Below, in pieces: positions 7,636-15,910 of a DNA stretch of 16,963 nt. A program made the position numbers and the translations under genes. This stretch comes from Candidatus Heimdallarchaeota archaeon (lineage in GTDB: Archaea > Asgardarchaeota > Heimdallarchaeia > Hodarchaeales > Hodarchaeaceae). Positions within the stretch are counted from its first letter, which is position 1; the number at the start of each line of letters is the position of its first letter. The DNA lies in NCBI GenBank assembly GCA_019057635.1, contig DXJL01000119.1, positions 1 to 16,963 of the forward strand, given 5' to 3'. The notes below the pieces were generated by a model. That model worked only from the letters and a program-made list of their open reading frames with translations. It made no database searches and was not told the DNA's origin.

Positions 7636-8889
7636 ATGGGATATACAGTTATTGAAAAAATCATTGCGGATCATACAAGAGAAGTAGTCACCCCAGAAAA
7701 AATAGTTTGGTTAGACATTGATGTACGGTCGGCACGTGATTTTGGTGGTGCAAACGTAGTAAAAAACCTTGAGAAAAATTATCCTGGTGAATCTTATGTA
7801 GCGGATCCCGCTAAAACATTTTTCACATTCGATTGTGTAGTTCCTGCAAACAATCTAGGTTATGCTGAAAATCAACAAATTGCTAGAATATTTGCCCGGA
7901 ATAACTTACCACGGGAAAACCTGTATGATGTGAACGCGGGAATAGGATCTCACGTTATGATAGAAAAAGGAGTAGCAACTCCAAACAGTACTGTTGTGGG
8001 TACTGATTCTCATTTGAATATTCTTGGCGCCATAGGCGCCTTTGGACAGGGAATGGGTGATCAAGATATTGCTTTTACCTTTAAAACAGGTAAAACATGG
8101 TTTGAAGTGCCCTATACTATGCGAGTTACCATTGATGGGGCCCCAGCTAAAAATTCCTTTGCCAAAGATGTTACTTTAGGAGTATTAGAACAATTAGGTT
8201 CAAAAGGAGCTTTGGGCAAATCGGTAGAATTTTATGGGACAACAGTTGATACCTTTGACTTAGCAGGACGTATTACTCTCGCCAGTCAAGTTACAGAAAT
8301 GGGAGGAATTATTGGTTTAATCACACCCGATGATAGAATTATTGATTATTGCAAGAAAAGAAGTGGAAAAGATTTTCCTATTCACAAAGCCGATGCTGAT
8401 GTTAACTACTTAGAGGATATCCATTATGATTTTGAAGGGATAGAACCTAGAATTGCTTTACCACCTAATCCAGCTAATGTAAAACCAGTCGCAGAGATTA
8501 CAGGAATCAAAGTGGATTCTGTTGTCATTGCTTCCTGCACGAATGGTCGATATGAAGATTTTGCGGTAGCTGCGCGAATCCTCAAAGGTAGAAAAGTTCA
8601 TAATGACGTCATGATGAAGATTGTCCCTGCTACACAAGAAGTTTATGGGCAATTGCTAAAGAATGGACTTATTGAATTATTTTATCAATCTGGAGCTATT
8701 ATAAGTAATCCTGGGTGTGCCAGCTGTGCAAGTGGACAAATTGGAATGACAGGTGAAGGAGAAGTGCAAGTTACGACAGGGAATCGAAACTTTGCAGGAA
8801 AACAAGGCAAAGGAGACACTTATCTAGCTTCTCCAGCAACAGCTGCAGCCTGTGCTCTTGCAGGAGAAATAATTGTTCCAGAAATTTGA
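7636..8889 (+). CDS. Aconitase-family large subunit, LeuC/HacA-like with atypical active site (pair 2)
   Basis: MGYTVIEKII start (ATG 7636; GTG 7627 is the alternative), GTDSH, ASCTNGR, PGCASCASG, GNRNFAGKQG and YLASPATAAA; TTTTAAG TATA-like box near 7602. Confidence 0.92.
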   Translation: MGYTVIEKIIADHTREVVTPEKIVWLDIDVRSARDFGGANVVKNLEKNYPGESYVADPAKTFFTFDCVVPANNLGYAENQQIARIFARNNLPRENLYDVNAGIGSHVMIEKGVATPNSTVVGTDSHLNILGAIGAFGQGMGDQDIAFTFKTGKTWFEVPYTMRVTIDGAPAKNSFAKDVTLGVLEQLGSKGALGKSVEFYGTTVDTFDLAGRITLASQVTEMGGIIGLITPDDRIIDYCKKRSGKDFPIHKADADVNYLEDIHYDFEGIEPRIALPPNPANVKPVAEITGIKVDSVVIASCTNGRYEDFAVAARILKGRKVHNDVMMKIVPATQEVYGQLLKNGLIELFYQSGAIISNPGCASCASGQIGMTGEGEVQVTTGNRNFAGKQGKGDTYLASPATAAACALAGEIIVPEI

Positions 8890-8910
8890 AAACGCTAGGA
8901 GTTATGCATT

Positions 8911-9444
8911 ATGAAAAAATCTACAAGTCTGAGTGGCAAAGCAATTGTAATCAAGGATACACAAGGTAAAGGTATCGATGATATCGATACGGACATGATT
9001 TTCCATAACAAACACCTCCATATTACCGATATTAATGAAATGGGTCAACATACATTTGGCAACCTCCCAGGGTGGGAGGAGTTTCCATCAATAGTAACAG
9101 AAAACACAATTTTAATTGTTGGGAAAAATTTTGGGGCAGGATCTTCACGACAGCAAGCTGTTGACTGTTTCAAAGCTTTAGGAGTAATTGTAATTATTGG
9201 CGAATCGTTTGGAGCTATTTATAAACGAAACGCAATCAATTCTGGAATGCCATTAATTTTGGCCCCTGATATTATGACAACTACATTAAATTCTGGTGAT
9301 CAAATGACTATTGACCTAACAACAGGGGGAATTACATCTGAAAAGGAAGATGTTCAATCAAAGCAAGTTACACCATTATCAAAGGTACAACTCGATATCT
9401 ATAAAGCTGGAAACCTGTTCGAGTATGGCAAAAGTCTGGAATGA
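8911..9444 (+). CDS. Aconitase-family small subunit, LeuD/HacB-like (pair 2)
   Basis: DDIDTDMIFHNKHL, VGKNFGAGSSRQQA and ESFGAIYKRNAINSG; AGGAG SD upstream. Confidence 0.9.
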   Translation: MKKSTSLSGKAIVIKDTQGKGIDDIDTDMIFHNKHLHITDINEMGQHTFGNLPGWEEFPSIVTENTILIVGKNFGAGSSRQQAVDCFKALGVIVIIGESFGAIYKRNAINSGMPLILAPDIMTTTLNSGDQMTIDLTTGGITSEKEDVQSKQVTPLSKVQLDIYKAGNLFEYGKSLE

Positions 9445-9455
9445 TAGAATTACAA

Positions 9456-10217
9456 TTACTGGTGTGTGACAGCCTGTAAAAATTGTTTCATCAGTTCTTT
9501 GGGATGGTCAGCTTTTTCCAATACCGAGGAAACAACTATTAAATCTGAGCCTGCTTTTACTAAACCTTCAACTTGCTCTTTAGTTCTAATTCCCCCACCA
9601 GTAATTAACTTAGCTTGTTTTTCATGTGCGAAGACCGATGCACGCTTAACAAGATCTAATCTATTGGCAATTGAAGCAGAAAAATTTCCTGAACCTGCTT
9701 CTATGTAGCACATTTCCCAGTAAGGACGCCATTTTTGTGTTAACTCGTCATATGCTTCATCATCCTTTAGTGCTTTTGCATGGAGTTTTCTGCCAACGGT
9801 GGATTGAGGACTTAAGACTAGGTACCCATATTTCCGATCCTTCGGGAATTGCCCAAAAATCAGACGTCTGGTCCATTTAAACAACCAATGGTATTTCTTT
9901 CCAAGTTTTAGGACAACTTTGATCCGAAAACGATAACAATTTAGTAATGTAGGCATCATAATGTAAGCAGACAAAGAAGAGATTTGGAGCGGATGCCCTG
10001 GAAAGATCACTACTGGGGGAAGAACTAAATCAAGCTTTTTGAGACGTCGAAGGTATTTGTGCACTCCTCTCATGATTTCGTGCGAATCTCCCACCCAAAT
10101 TTCAAGTGGAAGCTGGGAAGGATCTTCATGCTCCATGAGTATTTCAGTTAGAGCTTTATACATCCGTTCTGTTGCGCGACCTTTATTTGGGTCAATAAGC
10201 ACAGCTAATTTCGCGAT
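9456..10217 (-). CDS. Geranylgeranylglyceryl/heptaprenylglyceryl phosphate synthase (GGGPS/PcrB) family protein, divergent
   Basis: LIDPNK, IWVGDS, PVVIFPG, GYLVL..STVG, YIEAGSG, GGGIRT and AGSDLIVV match the family TIM-barrel motifs. Start is GTG 10202 or, more likely, ATC 10217. Confidence 0.85.
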   Translation of the reverse strand: MAKLAVLIDPNKGRATERMYKALTEILMEHEDPSQLPLEIWVGDSHEIMRGVHKYLRRLKKLDLVLPPVVIFPGHPLQISSLSAYIMMPTLLNCYRFRIKVVLKLGKKYHWLFKWTRRLIFGQFPKDRKYGYLVLSPQSTVGRKLHAKALKDDEAYDELTQKWRPYWEMCYIEAGSGNFSASIANRLDLVKRASVFAHEKQAKLITGGGIRTKEQVEGLVKAGSDLIVVSSVLEKADHPKELMKQFLQAVTHQ

Positions 10218-10316
10218 TTACTCCACCTTCTATCTTCTATCTCTGATAAATCAGCTTTTTTTATAACATAAAAAATTATCTTTACCCACAAATTTATTTC
10301 TCTATAGTTTTTCCGT

Positions 10317-10985
10317 TTGTTGAATATAATGACTTCTTTTGAGATCAAACGTGACTTTCATATCCATACTAACTTCTCTGATGGGTTTTCCTCTGCAGAA
10401 GAATTTATTAACTTTGGAATTGAGAAAAATATCGAGCAAATATGCTTTACAGATCATTATTCTTATTTTAAACCTGGTGTAACTGATGAAACTATGACTC
10501 ATTACTTCGATACAATTCAAAGACTAAAAGAGAAATTTGCTAAGAAAATCCAGATTTTTGTGGGAATTGAAGTTGATACTTCTTCAGTTACAGATTTTTC
10601 TAAACTTGGGTATTATTCATGGGATCTAATCCTCTTTGAGTATGTATTCAATCTACCAACTTGGGATAGGATTTTTTCCGAGGTTAGAAAATTTTCACAT
10701 GATTTCCCGAATAAGAATATTGGATTTGCCCATACGCGCTTTTCACGAGTGACACATGCCAAATTTGATGAAGTCATGAGTGTGATACGCGAAAAAAACC
10801 TTATTATTGAGCTGAATACTGGTTACCAGAATTATTTGGATCGATGGTTTAATTATTTAGATGAAGAAAATAGATTTTCTGTTGGGTCGGATGCACATTA
10901 CCTTGAACAACTTGGTAATATCAGTGGGGCTCTGAACTTCCTAAAAAGAAGAAATATTCCTATAGACCGAGTCATTGAATTATAA
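10317..10985 (+). CDS. PHP-domain phosphoesterase (HisJ/YcdX-like)
   Basis: DFHIHTNFSDG, FTDH, GIEVD, FAH, ELNT and GSDAH metal-binding motifs; start could be ATG 10329. Confidence 0.88.
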   Translation: MLNIMTSFEIKRDFHIHTNFSDGFSSAEEFINFGIEKNIEQICFTDHYSYFKPGVTDETMTHYFDTIQRLKEKFAKKIQIFVGIEVDTSSVTDFSKLGYYSWDLILFEYVFNLPTWDRIFSEVRKFSHDFPNKNIGFAHTRFSRVTHAKFDEVMSVIREKNLIIELNTGYQNYLDRWFNYLDEENRFSVGSDAHYLEQLGNISGALNFLKRRNIPIDRVIEL

Positions 10986-11038
10986 ACACATGTAATAATT
11001 CCCCCGTGGATAGGTCAAATTCCAAATTAAGGTTGTAG

Positions 11039-12094
11039 ATGAATAGAATGTCCTTACTCTTTGATCTTGATACGATTCTTGATGATTTTTCTGATCAAAT
11101 GAAACAAACAATTAGATATGTTTATGCCCTCTCATTACTACCCAAACCAAAAGTGGCATTTCATGCTAGTGATGCAGATGGAATCGTTTCAGCTGTTATC
11201 TTAAAAAATCTCTCCCCTTTTCGGAAATATGTGTTTATACCCTTAGGGTATCAAGAACTTCGACATCCAGAGTTCGGTTCATTCTTATCTTGTGTCGAAT
11301 GGAAGGCCATTGCAGATCTAGCCCCTTTTCACTCGAAAAGAATTACTCTTTATTGTGATCATCATCAGACTTCGAAAGAATTACCTAAAAACGCTGATTT
11401 AGTTCTTTTTCAAGCAGGAGCACCAAGTGCCTCTTTTCTACTGACACAACACTTCTATGCTCATTTACCAACAAAAATCCAATTTCTAGCTCAACTCACC
11501 GTAATCACAGATACTGCTGGATATACCAGCCCCCCTCCAATAGATCTTCCTAAAGATGTGGATCAAGCCTCTGAAGAGGAACTAGCATGGCTTCTAGATG
11601 ATTTGTGTAGAACTGTGGATACTCCTGAAGAGGTCTTAACCCTTGTTCAGGATCTTTCTTCACGACAACTGCAAATTTGTGATCAACCTGAATATCAAGA
11701 AAGATTACACAAATTATATAGCTTACGAAAGAAAAGCTTCGAAATAGCAGACACTATTCCCCATGCTGATGTAATACTTGTCATTCAAGGAAAGGAGAAG
11801 GTTATAACTTCTTCACTAGTCCACAGGCTTTTTCAGAAAGATGTAAAAATAACTTGTGTCCTTTATCCTGGTAAGCGGTTTACAGGACTTTCCTTTCGAG
11901 TGAATTCTACAATTTCAGATTCAAATCTATCAGAATATCGTGTAGATAAGCTTGCAGCTGAATTTTCAGGAGGAGGCCATCCTCGAGCAGCAGGTGGCCG
12001 GACAGATTCATTACAAGAAGCTTTAACTAAGCTTACTGAATGGGTTGCAGAAAAAAAGTTATCTCTCAACGTGTATGATTTAAGAAAGCAGTAA
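11039..12094 (+). CDS. DHH/DHHA1 family phosphoesterase
   Basis: HASDADG (motif I), IADL, CDHH, ITDT and C-terminal GGGHPRAAG. Confidence 0.87.
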   Translation: MNRMSLLFDLDTILDDFSDQMKQTIRYVYALSLLPKPKVAFHASDADGIVSAVILKNLSPFRKYVFIPLGYQELRHPEFGSFLSCVEWKAIADLAPFHSKRITLYCDHHQTSKELPKNADLVLFQAGAPSASFLLTQHFYAHLPTKIQFLAQLTVITDTAGYTSPPPIDLPKDVDQASEEELAWLLDDLCRTVDTPEEVLTLVQDLSSRQLQICDQPEYQERLHKLYSLRKKSFEIADTIPHADVILVIQGKEKVITSSLVHRLFQKDVKITCVLYPGKRFTGLSFRVNSTISDSNLSEYRVDKLAAEFSGGGHPRAAGGRTDSLQEALTKLTEWVAEKKLSLNVYDLRKQ

Positions 12095-12107
12095 AAGAGT
12101 ACAAAAG

Positions 12108-12476
12108 TTATTTTCTATCAATTTTATAAGGTCCCAGTTTCCCTGTTACAATTTCAACAGGAAAACGACTTTCATTCTCTGTAAGCTTCCGTCGAATAGA
12201 ATGGGCAATGTCTATATCGCAGGTATTAGCCATACTTAAGCAGTAAATCATTACATCAGCGAGCTCATCTTCCAACGCAATTTTCACAGACGGATCATTT
12301 TGTAGGTTTTCTGATGCTTCTTCATTTGTTACCCATTGGAATAATTCCATGATTTCAGCTGCCTCAATCGAAATTGACATGGCAAGATTTTTTGGTGTAT
12401 GATACTTATTCCAATCTCGTCTGCTAATAAAATCTGCAACTAACGAGGATAATTCACCAATTGTTGTTTCAGTCAT
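12108..12476 (-). CDS. MazG-like nucleotide pyrophosphohydrolase (dCTP pyrophosphatase-type)
   Basis: RDWNKYHTPKNLAMSISIEAAEIMELFQW and EDELADVMIY are hallmark motifs. Confidence 0.92.
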   Translation of the reverse strand: MTETTIGELSSLVADFISRRDWNKYHTPKNLAMSISIEAAEIMELFQWVTNEEASENLQNDPSVKIALEDELADVMIYCLSMANTCDIDIAHSIRRKLTENESRFPVEIVTGKLGPYKIDRK

Positions 12477-13384
12477 TTCTCTTCCTCCTGTACCACTTCA
12501 AATCTGTATTGTATCTCATATTTCAGGATATTCACGTATTCCTGGTCTTCATCAATAAACGATTGGCCATTTGGTCGCACATACTTGAGTATGAGCGTGT
12601 TAGAACTATATTCAAACCCAATTTCATCCCATTTGTTGAGAAAATCACCATAAGCAAGAGATTTTAATGCTGATGGAGCGCTTCGATTGGCTTTTTCAGC
12701 TAAAATCTCCTCTTCCTTAAACGGAACAAATTCAGAGGGTTCTAAGGAAATTTTTTCCTTAAAAGTTTCTGAAATTCCCTCATAATAATAAAGAGTTGTC
12801 TTTTTTTCCTCTGGATCACGAAAAATTACAAAATAATTAGGAGAAGGATTAAACCAACTTATAAACAGATCCAACGGAATACTTGAAAAGGGTAATCTAA
12901 TATTCATTTCTCCATCGAGATTGACAATAAAAGGTTTCCAGGCTGAAACCTGAGGGTCATAACTGATAGTTAGAACATCTGAACTAGTCGGAGAACAAAG
13001 GATGGTTGTAGTATTCGGAAGGGGAGGAGATACATATGTTTTTGTTTTAAAAGAGTAAAATTTCGTTAGAATTTCTAACTCCTCTGTTACACAGTATAAA
13101 CATAGAATATTCCCTTCATACCCCCAAGGAGCATAATAGGATCGTATAAGTGAGGAATAGTAGATAGGGAGAAAAAAATTGTCCTCCTCAAACGGATGCT
13201 CTTCAGTAATATCCGTTTCACCGTCAAATATTGAGATTTTCCAAACATAATGAGCCATACGAATTTCTTTGACAGAATGGAATACGATCGATAAATTAGA
13301 ACTGGGACTTCTAAATTCTAATTTTTCAGGCATAGTTTCAAATGGAACGGGTCTGGGTTCTCCTAAAGGTATGAGTTTCAACAT
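12473..13384 (-). CDS. Hypothetical protein, beta-rich (possible partial beta-propeller)
   Basis: Long ORF whose stop overlaps the MazG start (ATGA); aromatic-rich short strands with PWG and SWF blade-like motifs; ATG 13384 preferred over TTG 13399. Confidence 0.7.
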   Translation of the reverse strand: MLKLIPLGEPRPVPFETMPEKLEFRSPSSNLSIVFHSVKEIRMAHYVWKISIFDGETDITEEHPFEEDNFFLPIYYSSLIRSYYAPWGYEGNILCLYCVTEELEILTKFYSFKTKTYVSPPLPNTTTILCSPTSSDVLTISYDPQVSAWKPFIVNLDGEMNIRLPFSSIPLDLFISWFNPSPNYFVIFRDPEEKKTTLYYYEGISETFKEKISLEPSEFVPFKEEEILAEKANRSAPSALKSLAYGDFLNKWDEIGFEYSSNTLILKYVRPNGQSFIDEDQEYVNILKYEIQYRFEVVQEEEK

Positions 13385-13471
13385 GATTTTTGTCCACAAA
13401 ATAACATTCTTAGCTAGAAAAAACTATATATCTTTTCTAGTTGAACTTTTTCTCATTGGGCTCGAGGCAAA

Positions 13472-14206
13472 TTGAAGTCATCACGAATTTCATCTCCAAA
13501 ACGTAATGAGACTCTTCTACATCACAAAATAAAAGCACTTTACGATAATAGCGAAAATGTGAAAAGAGAAGTAACACAAAACATTGATGGGAGAAAATTT
13601 CGGTTTGATTTGTTAGATGATGATGAAACGATAATTTTTGAAATTCAAAGAGCCAGTTTCGGAGGACGTTTCTCTCAAAAAATTCAAATATTATTGGATT
13701 CAACTAACTACCGTATTAGGATTATTCATCCCATCGTACATAAACAAAAAGTTACACGACTGAATGGAAATGAGGTTCTCTCAACCTCATATCGGAACTT
13801 ATATTCCACTGTCTATCATTTCTTTGAACATTTGGTCCATTTTAAAGTTGGATATCAAGATCGTCTTCAATTTGATATTTTGATGATATACGAGCATCTG
13901 ATTCGAGAATTTACTGGTTATTCTCAGCGAAGTGGAAGACGAAGATTTCGAATATCCGATCGTGATTTGGTTCGTGTGGATTCAACCTATAAGATCCGGA
14001 CAAAGGATGATTTTTACAGACTTCTTCCTGATGAATTGCCCTCTTTATTCACTAACCAGGATTTACATAATAACTTGAATTTAAAGAAGAAGTCTCGACG
14101 TAATTTGCGATTACCAGGACAAATGACCTATTCAATGTGTCAATTAGGTCTCCTCGAACGTGTAGGAAAGAAAAGAAATGCGCATGTATTCACACGACAA
14201 TATTAA
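13472..14206 (+). CDS. Putative PD-(D/E)XK-like nuclease with C-terminal winged helix
   Basis: ETLLHHKIK, E...RFDLL..IFEIQ (D...ExQ variant) and a C-terminal FTNQDL...MTYSMCQLGLLERVGKKRNAHVF wHTH-like segment. Confidence 0.65.
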   Translation: MKSSRISSPKRNETLLHHKIKALYDNSENVKREVTQNIDGRKFRFDLLDDDETIIFEIQRASFGGRFSQKIQILLDSTNYRIRIIHPIVHKQKVTRLNGNEVLSTSYRNLYSTVYHFFEHLVHFKVGYQDRLQFDILMIYEHLIREFTGYSQRSGRRRFRISDRDLVRVDSTYKIRTKDDFYRLLPDELPSLFTNQDLHNNLNLKKKSRRNLRLPGQMTYSMCQLGLLERVGKKRNAHVFTRQY

Positions 14207-15024
14207 GCGTTATTATCAAGATAATTTTTGAAATCCTTGGCAATTAGTAAGTCCTGAGATTCTGATTCGACAATATTATAATTTTTCAAGATTTTGATAT
14301 AATACGACAATAACGATTTGTTGTATCCAAGTCTTGTACATAGAGCCTTTTGTGTTCGTATATTGGGATTATCGTTCAAGAAACTTAGGATTTCGTATAT
14401 TCGTTTATTCTGTATAAGGGAATATAACAGCTTCTCGTTGAGAGAAAAATCCTGTTCTCGTGTAAAATAGTGATTCGATTTACCAACTGAAACCATGTCA
14501 ATGTCCTTTTCTTGTGCTAAAATCCGAACCCAATATTGAGTAGAACCCATTGCTAATCCGGAAGTACGGGACAATCCGCGTAATGAAATTCCAGGGTTTA
14601 ATGTTATAGTAGTTCTAATTAGAGATTTGTTGTTTCCCCAATCCTTTTTCGTTTTAGACGAATAGAGAAGTTTGTATAGCTGATAGGACAGAGTTCCTAA
14701 TAAGACACAAGATAAATCACTTAGAATGTCAAAAGATTTCAAGAATGAATCGAGAACTAATGTTGATTGATCATGTCTAGTAATAGTGACAATCGAATGT
14801 TGAGCACTGTTACCCATATGGGAAACACTTCCAACATCTATTAATGGGTAGGTTCCGTATGAAATACCTAGTTTCAGGGAAAATACAAGAAATCCAGAAT
14901 TAGAGTCAGAAGAAGGAATATCTAAGGAAGGATTCTCAAAAACAGTTACAAAAGAATAACTTATCATGAAAAATAACGCAAAAATAGAAAGATATTGCCA
15001 GACCCTTTTTTGAGAAATACTCAT
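14203..15024 (-). CDS. Membrane-anchored transcription regulator with two tandem winged-HTH domains
   Basis: N-terminal hydrophobic helix, ~70-aa linker and a second hydrophobic helix, then NPGISLRGLSRTSGLAMGSTQYWVRIL and EILSFL..NP..TQKALCTRLGYNKSLLSYYIKIL; start ATG 15024 or GTG 15048. Confidence 0.8.
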   Translation of the reverse strand: MSISQKRVWQYLSIFALFFMISYSFVTVFENPSLDIPSSDSNSGFLVFSLKLGISYGTYPLIDVGSVSHMGNSAQHSIVTITRHDQSTLVLDSFLKSFDILSDLSCVLLGTLSYQLYKLLYSSKTKKDWGNNKSLIRTTITLNPGISLRGLSRTSGLAMGSTQYWVRILAQEKDIDMVSVGKSNHYFTREQDFSLNEKLLYSLIQNKRIYEILSFLNDNPNIRTQKALCTRLGYNKSLLSYYIKILKNYNIVESESQDLLIAKDFKNYLDNNA

Positions 15025-15211
15025 CACCCACAAAAGACAAAATGGCACTCCTCCTTTTAATTATTTCTCCAAAGGCAAATTTTGGTTCAAAAATTGTACT
15101 AGGAATGAAAATTCCCACACCTACTACAAGGAATGTGATAGAACTTAGTATTGTACCACAAAGGTTAAATAAGTTATAAATTGAATTCTTACACAAAAAA
15201 AGGTAATAGAA

Positions 15212-15910
15212 TTGCAACTTTCCTCTCCTACTCCAATAATTGAACTAAAAACCATTAGTAAACACTTTAAAGTAGGAAAAGAAAAAATTGAACTATTTAA
15301 AGACCTAGAATTTCAATGTAATGAGAATGAATTTGTTGTGTTTACAGGTCCGAGTGGTTGTGGAAAAACTACCATTCTACAGATTATTGCAGGACTAACA
15401 CGAGTCGATCAAGGTACAGTGCGCGTATTTGATCATAATATTAACGATTTTAATGAAGAATCTCTCGCCCTATTTCGTTCCTCAACTATAGGCCTAGTTT
15501 TTCAACTCGGCCATTTGATAGAAACACTCACGGTGCTGGAAAATATCTTACTTCCAGTTGAATTAGCCCAAAGAGAAGAAAAGGATTATGAAAAACGCGC
15601 GTGGGATTTACTAGAAGAATTTTACATGGCACATCGTGCTCATTCACTTCCACGGATGATTAGCGGAGGAGAATATCAACGTGTGGCATTTATTCGTTCT
15701 TTAATTTTAGATCCTCAAATTCTACTTATTGATGAACCAACAGCAAACCAAGACGAGAGAACTAAAGCAGCTATCTTTCAGAAGCTTGCACAGCTTAAAG
15801 GTAAAAAAACTATTCTCGTAGTTACTCACTCTCGTGACATATTTCCACAGGCAGATCGAATTTTCATTCCCGATAACTTCAGATTACGTGAAAAAAATGG
15901 GCTCTCTTAG
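15212..15910 (+). CDS. ABC transporter ATP-binding protein (LolD/MacB/SalX type)
   Basis: Walker A GPSGCGKTT, signature ISGGEYQRV, Walker B LLIDEPT and H-loop VVTH. Confidence 0.93.
   Translation: MQLSSPTPIIELKTISKHFKVGKEKIELFKDLEFQCNENEFVVFTGPSGCGKTTILQIIAGLTRVDQGTVRVFDHNINDFNEESLALFRSSTIGLVFQLGHLIETLTVLENILLPVELAQREEKDYEKRAWDLLEEFYMAHRAHSLPRMISGGEYQRVAFIRSLILDPQILLIDEPTANQDERTKAAIFQKLAQLKGKKTILVVTHSRDIFPQADRIFIPDNFRLREKNGLS

Noticed and set aside
7505-7687. 60-aa ORF upstream of pair 2
   Set aside because: It spans the promoter region, overlaps the large subunit out of frame and has no motif.
4960-9444. Assigning leuC/leuD symbols
   Set aside because: No leu genes are nearby and the specificity motifs differ from canonical isopropylmalate isomerase.
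14936-15217. 93-aa minus ORF across the regulator/ABC intergenic region
   Set aside because: It overlaps both neighbours and covers the likely promoters; no recognisable features.
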